This document shows, piece after piece, positions 47,701 through 56,014 of a DNA stretch of 64,000 bases. Position 1 is the first letter of the stretch. The number at the start of each line of letters is the position of its first letter. A program made the translations under genes and the position numbers. Under the pieces are notes generated by a model. The model was not told the DNA's origin. It saw only the letters and a program-made list of their open reading frames with translations, and did not search any database. Source of the DNA: a virus (taxonomy: Duplodnaviria > Heunggongvirae > Uroviricota > Caudoviricetes). Location: positions 60,652 to 124,651 of IMG/VR virus record IMGVR_UViG_2690315748_000001. One strand, given 5' to 3'.

Positions 47701-47723
47701 CCTCCTAGTACTTTCTTGGCTTC
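47701..47723 (-). repeat. Repeated motif copy in inverted orientation (minus strand reads gaagccaagaaagtactaggagg)
   Basis: Only minus-strand copy of the family seen in the window. Confidence 0.55.
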
Positions 47724-47766
47724 TACACTCCTACACGCCAAATGAAATTACTAGGAGTGGTTATAA

Positions 47767-48348
47767 ATGGAACTTAATCTTACTTTGCCTGTACCAACAT
47801 CAATCAATAAATTATACATTAACGAGTATCAGTATGACGCAAGGATAAAACAGCGTGTGCCAACTGGACGAAGAATCCTCTCTAAAGATGGTCGAAAAGT
47901 GAAAGCACAAATTCAAGGTCGTGCAAGGATACAGTTGCTTGACCAGCCTGATTGGGATTATGAATGGACAAAGGAAAACTTTGTTTATCAGGATGCAGTC
48001 ATTTATTTCGCAAGACGCGGTAGTGATGACAATAATATCTACAAACTTCTGAACGATTCTCTTGAAGGTATTGTGTATGACAATGACTCTAGGGTTTTAG
48101 TTCGGACTCAGCACATTGTATATGACTCTAGTAATCCTCGTATCGAGGTTTCCATTAAACCCGTTGACTTTGTTGGCATCTTCAAAGACAAAGACGTTTA
48201 CAAAGAGTTCTCTGCTAAATGTACTGGATGTTCCAGATATCGCAACGGGTCTTGTTCGATCTTAAAGGATTCGGTTGCAGGAACCGTCAGAGAGGAAATC
48301 GGAAGCATTAATAGTCCGATATGTACAAGCTTCAAAGCCAAAAAGTAG
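47767..48348 (+). CDS. RusA-like Holliday-junction resolvase with C-terminal Cys-rich extension
   Basis: PVPTSINKLY and DDNNIYKLLNDSLEGIVYDND match RusA catalytic Asp motifs; CTGCSRYRNGSC tail. Confidence 0.55.
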   Translation: MELNLTLPVPTSINKLYINEYQYDARIKQRVPTGRRILSKDGRKVKAQIQGRARIQLLDQPDWDYEWTKENFVYQDAVIYFARRGSDDNNIYKLLNDSLEGIVYDNDSRVLVRTQHIVYDSSNPRIEVSIKPVDFVGIFKDKDVYKEFSAKCTGCSRYRNGSCSILKDSVAGTVREEIGSINSPICTSFKAKK

Positions 48349-48376
48349 ACTGCCGCCTATGGCAGTCTTTTTATTT
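48347..48376 (+). terminator. Rho-independent terminator
   Basis: agactgccgcctatggcagtct + TTTTTATTT. Confidence 0.8.
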
Positions 48377-48392
48377 ATATAAGATTATTGAC

Positions 48393-48470
48393 GAGGAAAA
48401 TTCTGGAGTTTATACTATAGCTAGTAACCATTGTTACTATAGTAATACATGTTACTATAGTAACATGAGA
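48393..48470 (+). promoter_or_regulatory. Promoter TTGACG-17-TATACT followed by two tandem palindromic operator-like sites with core TTACTATAGTAA (second is the 18-bp perfect palindrome ATGTTACTATAGTAACAT)
   Basis: Read directly; sites lie between -10 and RBS of the RHH gene. Confidence 0.65.
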
Positions 48471-48472
48471 AG

Positions 48473-48676
48473 GTGGTATGTGTTATGGCTAGAAGAAAAA
48501 CTTTCCCGTTAAAATTTGAAGATAATTTTTCAGAGAAGATTAACTGGTTTGTATTCCACATGAAATCAGAATCAAAACAACAATACATTATTGATGCAAT
48601 ACGAGATAAGATGGAAAAAGATGAGATTGCCCTTAGAAAAAAGGGGATAATTTATGATGAAACATTGGGAATATGA
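48473..48676 (+). CDS. Ribbon-helix-helix (CopG/Arc-like) DNA-binding protein, probable autoregulator
   Basis: N-terminal beta-strand KTFPLKF followed by two helices; 67 aa; directly downstream of palindromic sites. Confidence 0.5.
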   Translation: MVCVMARRKTFPLKFEDNFSEKINWFVFHMKSESKQQYIIDAIRDKMEKDEIALRKKGIIYDETLGI

Positions 48677-49526
48677 AAAGTTATTCAACGATGATGTTCG
48701 TGAAAAGAAGCGTGTAGCTAACAACATTCACAAAAGAGTTGCCACTAGAAAAGGTGGTAAAAATTCACCTTTGCGGACTCCATATTATTTCATGTCCAAC
48801 AAAGATAAAAAGACTTTAAATGGAAAGGTGACGACGATCAAATTGAAAGAAGTAATGAGTAATGCTGAATTTAAAAAATTAGATGATGAGACTCAAAAGT
48901 TATTGCTGACTGAGTGGAGAGATAATTTTCAAATGAAAGAAATAGTTGAAAAGATGGGGGTTTCTCCTGAGACATTCTATTCCCATATGAGAAGGCTTGA
49001 CATTCCAAGAACAATGCGGTCTAAACCCACATTTAGTGGAGATAAACCATTCAAGGTCAATGACTATTATACGTTGACCTACAATGAATTTAAAAAAATG
49101 AAGAAGAAGCATAAAGTTGATGTAGCCAAGATTATCTTTGATAAATATACTACAGCGGAAATCGTTGAAAAATGGGGAGTTACCGAAAAAGCAGTATGCA
49201 GTTTAAGGTGGAGGTTACTTGGGAATATCAATGACAATGAACAAAAAAATGATACGATTAACGAAGGAACGCTGAATGAGAATCTATCTAACGATACAAG
49301 GTTGATTGTCGAAGTTGCTCCAGAAAAAAATGAGATTGTTAGCACACATGATTCTGGATCAACCAATGAAATTTTAGAGGATTTCTTTTTCACTTTTAAC
49401 AAAAGAGGTGGAGACAGAAAAGCAATAATACGAAAATTAAAATATCTTATAGAAGAGATGGAAGAAACAAATGAAAGCACTGTTTTTGATATCCATGTTA
49501 CAGTGAGAGGAATAGATAAAAAATGA
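48654..49526 (+). CDS. DNA-binding protein with two HTH-like segments
   Basis: EIVEKMGVSPETFYSHMRRL and EIVEKWGVTEKAVCSLRWRL resemble sigma-70 region-4/terminase-small-subunit-type HTH. Confidence 0.4.
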   Translation: MMKHWEYEKLFNDDVREKKRVANNIHKRVATRKGGKNSPLRTPYYFMSNKDKKTLNGKVTTIKLKEVMSNAEFKKLDDETQKLLLTEWRDNFQMKEIVEKMGVSPETFYSHMRRLDIPRTMRSKPTFSGDKPFKVNDYYTLTYNEFKKMKKKHKVDVAKIIFDKYTTAEIVEKWGVTEKAVCSLRWRLLGNINDNEQKNDTINEGTLNENLSNDTRLIVEVAPEKNEIVSTHDSGSTNEILEDFFFTFNKRGGDRKAIIRKLKYLIEEMEETNESTVFDIHVTVRGIDKK

Positions 49527-50113
49527 AGTTAAATAAAAAGTTCTTTGAATCTACATTTGACAGCACAAAGAGAATGTTTGAGAGTAAAATGATGAAGATT
49601 CCACATGAGGTAATCATCAAGTTTCAATCGAAAGAAGATTACCTTGTCGCAGTCAAAGAAAATCCTCTTATTCAAACTCAAATCAATCTTGGATTTTACA
49701 AGGATATCGAGAAAGAATATGTTGGCTTCGCTGTGGTTTATGCCAATGATAAATTAGAGTTACGCACTATCATGGGGTTGCCTTACGCGATAACTATCTG
49801 TGATGAGATTGCAAAAGATGTGTTGAAGCCTTTTACTTCAACAGAAATAAAGGCGTATTTAACCCATGTATATCTTCACGAATTGACCCATATTTTCGAT
49901 AATAAACTAAAGGAAACTTTTCCAGATATGTGGCAAGAAAATCTTTCCAAGACCAATCAAAATGTGCCAATGGCTAATGAATTGTTTGCAGAGAGTATTC
50001 CACCAATCGTTATGGGTGAGAAAGACATTTCCATTTATAAAAGCGTTGAAAAGAAACTCTGGTCTAAAGTTATTCTTAGGGCAGAACAAGCAAAAAGACA
50101 GAGGAGATTATAA
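49523..50113 (+). CDS. HEXXH zinc metallopeptidase-motif protein (ImmA/IrrE-like candidate)
   Basis: VYLHELTHIFD contains HExxH; about 196 aa. Confidence 0.45.
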   Translation: MKLNKKFFESTFDSTKRMFESKMMKIPHEVIIKFQSKEDYLVAVKENPLIQTQINLGFYKDIEKEYVGFAVVYANDKLELRTIMGLPYAITICDEIAKDVLKPFTSTEIKAYLTHVYLHELTHIFDNKLKETFPDMWQENLSKTNQNVPMANELFAESIPPIVMGEKDISIYKSVEKKLWSKVILRAEQAKRQRRL

Positions 50114-50727
50114 TGGACGATATAGAATTATGTGAGATTAAAGTTGGAGAAAGGTTTCCTCTTTTTGCTAACAGCATAGAAAAACTTAAAGGAATTGACG
50201 GAGCAAAATTTGAAGCAACCGATTTCAATCAAGGTTATTTCTTCTGCATACATTTAACTGACATTAGCTTTATGGATAAACAATCGTTCCGAAACGACAA
50301 GATCGCGGTCAAAGTGTTACAAGGTGATGGTGGAATGATTCTTCCGATGATCATGTTTGGGAAGTCTATGATATTTGAAATGAAATTTGATCCAACTCTA
50401 TATGATGATGAAAGAGTTTTTCAGCTTGCGGAAGGGTACAATATTCTTACGATATTCCTAATCGAGAGTAATAATGGGGTCGTCAAGGCAATCCGTCAAT
50501 GCAACTTACCTTTAAAAATGGTTCAAATTTGCAAAGAAGCTTGGGGTAGAGCAATGCTTGACTTAGACTTCTCAAGCAAATTTCAAGCATGGACAACACG
50601 TTTGAACAATTATTCTTTACAAACCTTATGGGACAGAGCGACTAAGGTTGGCTCCATGGGGGAGACATATGATCTAAACGAAATAAAAACACCAAACGCC
50701 TATAGACCACAAGGAGACATAGAATGA
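50113..50727 (+). CDS. hypothetical protein
   Basis: ORF, ATGA-type overlap. Confidence 0.45.
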   Translation: MDDIELCEIKVGERFPLFANSIEKLKGIDGAKFEATDFNQGYFFCIHLTDISFMDKQSFRNDKIAVKVLQGDGGMILPMIMFGKSMIFEMKFDPTLYDDERVFQLAEGYNILTIFLIESNNGVVKAIRQCNLPLKMVQICKEAWGRAMLDLDFSSKFQAWTTRLNNYSLQTLWDRATKVGSMGETYDLNEIKTPNAYRPQGDIE

Positions 50728-51164
50728 AGAAGGCGATTATAATTTTAACGCTATTATCATTATCACTTACAGCCTGTGCATCGGCGGAAAAAGAGAAAAA
50801 AGAAGAAGAGCTTCAAAAATCATATGAGCAAATGCAAGAAGAATCACGAATTAAGAATCAACAGAAAAAGGAGTCAAGCGAATATCTATTTGGATTTTTG
50901 CAAATTGACGACTTCACTATTGACAATTCAGGAAGTAAACCCAAAGCTAAAGCAAGATTGACTAACAATTATAGTGGAACATTAGTTGGTCATATCGGTT
51001 TGGTTGTTTATGATAAGGATATGAACATCCTTGACACTCAATATGTCGCTTTGCCAAGCGTTGGAGTTAAATATGATGAATCCTTCTTAGTCGATGAATA
51101 TATTCAAAAAGAAGACTACTACACACTAAAGTTTGCTGATGCAGATATGCTTCGTTTGAAGTAG
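50724..51164 (+). CDS. lipoprotein
   Basis: Signal peptide with lipobox LSLTACAS. Confidence 0.55.
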   Translation: MKKAIIILTLLSLSLTACASAEKEKKEEELQKSYEQMQEESRIKNQQKKESSEYLFGFLQIDDFTIDNSGSKPKAKARLTNNYSGTLVGHIGLVVYDKDMNILDTQYVALPSVGVKYDESFLVDEYIQKEDYYTLKFADADMLRLK

Positions 51165-51205
51165 TATAAAAGATTATTATTTCGTTTTCGAGAGAAGAGA
51201 TATGA

Positions 51206-51418
51206 ATGAGCAATAAGATACTTTCATGTAATTTAAAGAATATTTTACGAGAAAAGGGTTTAGATCAGAAAGATCTATCTCAAATGACTGGAGTCAGAGA
51301 AGCTACAATTTCTGAAATGGTCAGAAATAAAAACAAGATGTTTTCTCGACAAGTCCTTGAAAAAATAATGAATGCCTTGGACATAGACGATATTGGAAAA
51401 CTGCTAGAGATTAAATGA
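51206..51418 (+). CDS. XRE/Cro-C1-family HTH transcriptional regulator
   Basis: LKNILREKGLDQKDLSQMTGVREATISEMVRNKN canonical HTH_3. Confidence 0.65.
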   Translation: MSNKILSCNLKNILREKGLDQKDLSQMTGVREATISEMVRNKNKMFSRQVLEKIMNALDIDDIGKLLEIK

Positions 51419-51454
51419 TTGAAAATGACGTTTTGAACATGATATACTAAAAAA

Positions 51455-51645
51455 GAGCAGGGATGCGCAAACATCCCCACTCTTTTACAACAGCCGCCTT
51501 GAAGAGCGGTCAGCAGTAGGCTTGGTTCAGAAATAGACCGTTACCTTTGGATGAGGCGGTCAGCCGTGTTCTGGTTCAACGAAATAGACCGTTTACCTTT
51601 GCACAGGGCGGTCTATTTCTTTTTGTTTTTTTGTAAAAACTTGTC
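51455..51645 (+). ncRNA. Candidate structured RNA / repeat-containing leader ending in terminator
   Basis: Promoter TTGAAA-18-TATACT at 51419; two ~49-nt tandem units (GCGGTCAGC..CTGGTTCA..AAATAGACCGTT.ACCTTTG); terminal hairpin gaaatagaccg/cggtctatttc + TTTTTGTTTTTTT. Confidence 0.35.
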
Positions 51646-51668
51646 ACCAAATATACTTAACTAAGTAA

Positions 51669-51697
51669 TTGACCGCTGCCTAAATATGTTATAGTAT
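51669..51697 (+). promoter_or_regulatory. Promoter TTGACC-17-TAGTAT upstream of 51729 gene
   Basis: Read directly. Confidence 0.5.
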
Positions 51698-51728
51698 GGT
51701 TAAAAATGTAATCAGGAGGTAAAGCTAC

Positions 51729-52610
51729 ATGTTCAAATCAGCAATTTTGGAATCAGTAAGCGACATAAACCTTTTGACAGACATATTAAAAGAAGAGTTT
51801 TCTAACGAAAACTGGGAATCTATGGTGCATATTGCGGACAAGCTTTATACGTCGATTAAAGGATTGTACGAAGAAAACCAACTTCGGCAAGCAAAAGAAC
51901 AGCCGAGAGTTGATACTGGAAGACTTAAAAGAAGTGTCGCTTTCTATTTCGGGTTTTCGATGGTAATGAAAGGTATTGCATTACAGAAGATGGGTGATTA
52001 CGAAGGAACCCGTGACTGCATTGAAAAATACTCTGAGTTGGGATGGATGTACGGGTTGGGCGAGGAAGGTCAAGCTGATGTGGCTCATTTCAAGATGCTT
52101 GCACGAGCAAATACATACGTCCTTGACTTACTAGAGGGAAAAATGGATGTGCTCCCTGAGTACGTTCAATTCATACACAATGCCGAGGAAGTAGAGTTGC
52201 TGCCGGGAATTATAACAATTCTGGAATCAGCTATAAAAAATAATCATAATGTTGATTGGGCATTAGAAGAATTTGAAATTCAGCTAAACGCTCTGGACGG
52301 AGAGTACGAAGAGGAAGCCAATATACGTTATTATATAGACCATCTATATCTTATGGCACTATATAACTTTAAAAATGGGAGATATTTCAATGCACTAAAC
52401 ATTACACTTAATGGTTTGCGAATGTCTGATAAACTTAAAGATGATACAGGGTATAAAAAAATCAATGCATTATTTGTTACATTTAGTACCCATGCAACTA
52501 AAGAGCAGCTAAATGAATATAATGCATTGAACAAAACTATCCTTGAAAGGGTGTTAAAAGATGAAAAAGGCATTAGGTTTGATGGTAGTAGCTTTGTTTC
52601 TGTTCGGTAG
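51729..52610 (+). CDS. TPR-like all-helical protein (Rap-like receptor candidate, no HTH)
   Basis: 293 aa, repeated helical hairpins rich in Y/L/A/N; 3' end overlapped by a signal-peptide pro-peptide gene. Confidence 0.45.
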   Translation: MFKSAILESVSDINLLTDILKEEFSNENWESMVHIADKLYTSIKGLYEENQLRQAKEQPRVDTGRLKRSVAFYFGFSMVMKGIALQKMGDYEGTRDCIEKYSELGWMYGLGEEGQADVAHFKMLARANTYVLDLLEGKMDVLPEYVQFIHNAEEVELLPGIITILESAIKNNHNVDWALEEFEIQLNALDGEYEEEANIRYYIDHLYLMALYNFKNGRYFNALNITLNGLRMSDKLKDDTGYKKINALFVTFSTHATKEQLNEYNALNKTILERVLKDEKGIRFDGSSFVSVR

Positions 52611-52698
52611 CGTGAGCGGTATCGGAGGGTTCGCCCCGAACAATCATGGAGCGAATAGCTTCCAACTCCAACCTTATAATCATGGAGCGAATAGCTAA
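52561..52698 (+). CDS. Secreted pre-pro-peptide (45 aa) with tandem NHGANS repeats (Phr-like candidate), not in ORF track
   Basis: Signal peptide MKKALGLMVVALFLFGSVSG; C-terminal PNNHGANSFQLQPYNHGANS; 19-nt exact DNA duplication aatcatggagcgaatagct; overlaps 3' end of TPR gene in another frame. Confidence 0.5.
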   Translation: MKKALGLMVVALFLFGSVSGIGGFAPNNHGANSFQLQPYNHGANS

Positions 52699-52863
52699 TT
52701 TCAATCATCTCTTGAAGCCCCTTCATAGTGGAAGGGGTTTTTATTTTGGTAAAATAGTTCCAAAGAATCATTTTCCAAAATTCTTATATTTTTATACAGA
52801 CATTTCCTTTTATTGTGGTATAATGGCTAAGTATTCCACATATTATAGAAAAGGAAGTGCTCG

Positions 52864-53610
52864 TTGAAAATGAAGAAAACAGCAATTATCCTTACTGGTG
52901 TCTTAGCTCTTATGGCAGTAGCTCCGATGGCTGCTTCTGCCCAAACAACAAGCATTGAACCCACTACTGAACAGACTACCTCTAAAACACAACAACAGCA
53001 AGTCGAAATTAACTCTCCGTCAGATTACATTAAATGGCTTAAAGGTCAAGATGGTGCCGAGGAAACTTTAGAACAATTTTCCAAGTTGTCTGAATCTGAT
53101 CAAGATAAGTTCATTAAGTATTTGAACGATGTGGATGTACAAAAGCAAGTTGTAAAAGCGTTCGGTAGCGAGAAGGACGTTTCACTTTTTGGTGGAGATA
53201 TTGTAGTAAGCCATAAAGAGGACGCTCCGTCCAAAGATACTTCATCTAAAGTCACTCCGCAGGCAATGAATTATACGGTTTCTGATAGTTCCAAAGGAAC
53301 GTTTTTAGGTATAACCGTAAGTGAACTTCGGTCTACTGTTACCTACAGAGTAAGCGGTACTCCAGGCAACCAACAGATTGAGGTGCTTAGTGGAGGTGGT
53401 ATGGTCGTACGCAATTACAACCCTATTATCGGCATTACAGTAAACCAAGAAAGACCTTACACATCAGCAGATCGCCAGTATGCTTACCAAGTCAACTACT
53501 TTGCACATGACTTTAAAGGTACATGGGGATTGACTTACGGAACAGTTAAACACACTTTGTCAGGTGATACACAAGGAAGAGAGGTAAGACTTATCTCTGA
53601 AACGCTCTAA
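52864..53610 (+). CDS. secreted protein (248 aa)
   Basis: Signal peptide MKMKKTAIILTGVLALMAVAPMAASAQ; extended -10 TGGTATAAT promoter at about 52819. Confidence 0.55.
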   Translation: MKMKKTAIILTGVLALMAVAPMAASAQTTSIEPTTEQTTSKTQQQQVEINSPSDYIKWLKGQDGAEETLEQFSKLSESDQDKFIKYLNDVDVQKQVVKAFGSEKDVSLFGGDIVVSHKEDAPSKDTSSKVTPQAMNYTVSDSSKGTFLGITVSELRSTVTYRVSGTPGNQQIEVLSGGGMVVRNYNPIIGITVNQERPYTSADRQYAYQVNYFAHDFKGTWGLTYGTVKHTLSGDTQGREVRLISETL

Positions 53611-53640
53611 TGCTACACTGACAACAGGGGGGGTGCTGGA

Positions 53641-53757
53641 TTGAATAAGAAAAAAGTATGGAAGATTGTGGGATTTTCTGTTTTGGGTATTGTTGTGATT
53701 TATCTTTTTCTGGTCGTTGTAGGGATCTCGCAATTTGTCACCAATGTAAAACCTTGA
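53641..53757 (+). CDS. possible small membrane protein (38 aa, TTG start)
   Basis: GGGGGGTG RBS-like then TTG; hydrophobic core. Confidence 0.25.
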   Translation: MNKKKVWKIVGFSVLGIVVIYLFLVVVGISQFVTNVKP

Positions 53758-53791
53758 CTTTATATAGTTGCAGTAAAAAAAACAACAAAGC

Positions 53792-53829
53792 AAAAGGATT
53801 GCCTGAGCTTCATACTAGGCAATCCTTTT
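53792..53829 (+). terminator. Terminator hairpin aaaaggattgcct-loop-aggcaatcctttt
   Basis: Read directly; related hairpins at 56243 and 56571. Confidence 0.55.
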
Positions 53830-53857
53830 GCCATTATTCAGCAGGAGGATTTTAACT

Positions 53858-54313
53858 GTGAAAAGCACTGGAATGACTCGCCCATTAGACAACCTTGGAA
53901 GAATAGTAATTCCAAAAGAAATGAGAGAAACGATGGGGATTGACATCGGTGATCCATTAGAAATATTTGTAGACAAAGATTCTGGAATGCTGGCTTTTAG
54001 ACAATATATTGGAGTCGCCTGTAAAACTTGTGGTTCGATTGATAGATTATTATATTTTAAAGATAGTTTTATTTGCTCTGATTGTGCATACGATTTGAAG
54101 GAAGGTAAAATTTCTCCAAAAATATCAAATGACAAAATATCTAAAGTTGAAAAACCGAAGAGACGCATTTATCAGAAGCCTGAAATAATGCTTAAAAAAC
54201 TCAACGATTTAATGCTGGAACACCCATCGTATACGCAAAAGCAATACGCAGAAATATTGGGTGTATCTCAATGTCGTGTAAGTCAACTAAAAGGTAAATT
54301 AAGAGAGCAATAA
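53858..54313 (+). CDS. AbrB/MazE/SpoVT-type swapped-hairpin DNA-binding domain fused to a zinc ribbon and C-terminal HTH
   Basis: GTG start after AGGAGG; KSTGMTRPLDNLGRIVIPKEMRETMGIDIGDPLEI (AbrB-N signature); CKTCGS...CSDC; YTQKQYAEILGVSQCRVSQLKGK HTH. Confidence 0.55.
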   Translation: MKSTGMTRPLDNLGRIVIPKEMRETMGIDIGDPLEIFVDKDSGMLAFRQYIGVACKTCGSIDRLLYFKDSFICSDCAYDLKEGKISPKISNDKISKVEKPKRRIYQKPEIMLKKLNDLMLEHPSYTQKQYAEILGVSQCRVSQLKGKLREQ

Positions 54314-54598
54314 TAATAAAAGACTAACTATCCTTGTAGTTAGTCTTTTATTATTATTTTATAAATTCTTTTTTAGAATATCTTCAAACGAATTGTAGCT
54401 TTTTCTTCCGATACTTTTAATCATAAAATCCTCGAAAAACTATCCTAAAGGTATCTAAAATACATATATGAAATGTATATGATTTTATTCCAAAAGATGG
54501 TACAATCAAGAAGGGTATTCTACTACTTGTTTCAGAACTACATAATAATTTTAACTATGCATCGTATTGTTAGTCTACGTTGAAAGGGTGGTTTATTG

Positions 54599-56014
54599 AT
54601 GAAAATTGCACCCACGATTCGAGCAGAATTAGACAGATTTCTACAACAAGAAAGCTTAACATTATCGCAATTTGGACAAATCGCAGGGATGAATAGGGGA
54701 GCAGTAAGCGCTATTGTAACAGGGAATAAGCCTTTGTCTGTTAACCAGCTTGACTTAATTACTAAGGCTATGGGTTTGCCAGAGGGTCACTTTTACGACT
54801 TGTTCGCGGAAAATTACATCATAGATCACCCTCCAAATATGAAACGAATTGAGCCATTTTTGTTTCGCTGTGCAGAGTTGGACAAGTTAGATGCGATCCG
54901 TCGAGTGGTGGGAGCCATCATGGACAATCTAATGTATTCGCCCAAACTATTTGAAATTGCAGAAGGATTGTTGGCGCAGAAAAAGCTAGAAGCTGCATTG
55001 ATACTCTATGAAGGGGTAGCCGAAGCGGAGAGATATCAACATTCTGAACGTTTAGCCATCTGTCAATATCGGATTTTCAAAATCCAAATTGGAGATGATC
55101 AAAACCGTAATCTTAGTGCAGCTACGATTTTTGAAGTTTTTGTTGAGCGCCTTAATGAAATAGACCAACTTGACGCATTGAAGGATTTAGCAAACGTATA
55201 CAGGTCTTTACGTAAATGGGATAAGGTTGAGGAAATCGCTAAAAAAATGAGAGCTAAGGCGGAAATCCAATACACTTTGAAACATCAACAGAACAGTCGA
55301 GAACGTGATGAATCTACTAAAAGTCTAACTCGTCCCTTGTTTGTATACATCACCTATGCTGATCTATTGTGTGCTAGTGTCTGCGAAGCCAAAGGCGATT
55401 ATCAACAAGCTCTACAATATACTTACGCCTACGCCAATTTAGATTGGGTCAAAGAGACTGACGAAGATACCCAATACTGGATCGATTTGTACAAAACTTG
55501 GGCAGAAGGTAATACTCACGTTAATAAGCTCCTGTCTGGAGATACCAGTGTGCTAACGGAGTATGTTGAATACATTGCTGTTTCAGCCAATAAAGCAGAT
55601 AAAGAAATGGTCACCAAACTGTTAAATGTTTTGATGGCGGCTAATCGTTATAAGCTGGATGTAGATGACATACTTCGGCGCTTTGAAATTGATTCTTTTA
55701 CTCAGCAGCAACAGCCGTCAACGGATATGTATACGAAACAAGTTATACCAGAGCAATCCGCACGTTTGAGTTATGAATTAGCTTATTACCATCTACATCG
55801 AGGTTCATACGATGATGGTTTTAAATACTTGATGTATTCGTTGGTAAGTTACCATATACTAAACAACGAGAGCTATTATATAAACTGTATAGGGCTGTTT
55901 GAGCATTTCCGTACTCATGCGGTTCCTGAGACATTGAGCGAGTTCTCAAAAATAATTGAAAAGGTGTGGTTAGATAATGTTGAAAAAGGTTGCTTTTCTG
56001 ATCATCGCGACTAG
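54599..56014 (+). CDS. RRNPP-family (AimR/NprR/PlcR-like) HTH plus TPR peptide-sensing transcriptional regulator
   Basis: N-terminal XRE-type HTH LSQFGQIAGMNRGAVSAIVTGNKPLS; about 400-aa helical/TPR-like C-terminus; small secreted peptide gene overlaps its 3' end. Confidence 0.55.
   Translation: MKIAPTIRAELDRFLQQESLTLSQFGQIAGMNRGAVSAIVTGNKPLSVNQLDLITKAMGLPEGHFYDLFAENYIIDHPPNMKRIEPFLFRCAELDKLDAIRRVVGAIMDNLMYSPKLFEIAEGLLAQKKLEAALILYEGVAEAERYQHSERLAICQYRIFKIQIGDDQNRNLSAATIFEVFVERLNEIDQLDALKDLANVYRSLRKWDKVEEIAKKMRAKAEIQYTLKHQQNSRERDESTKSLTRPLFVYITYADLLCASVCEAKGDYQQALQYTYAYANLDWVKETDEDTQYWIDLYKTWAEGNTHVNKLLSGDTSVLTEYVEYIAVSANKADKEMVTKLLNVLMAANRYKLDVDDILRRFEIDSFTQQQQPSTDMYTKQVIPEQSARLSYELAYYHLHRGSYDDGFKYLMYSLVSYHILNNESYYINCIGLFEHFRTHAVPETLSEFSKIIEKVWLDNVEKGCFSDHRD

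Noticed and set aside
52660-52698. Exact 19-nt direct duplication (aatcatggagcgaatagct) considered as a possible CRISPR or minisatellite
   Set aside because: Only two copies, 18 nt apart, inside a small ORF where they encode a repeated NHGANS peptide unit. No CRISPR-like spacing and no other arrays or cas genes anywhere in the window.
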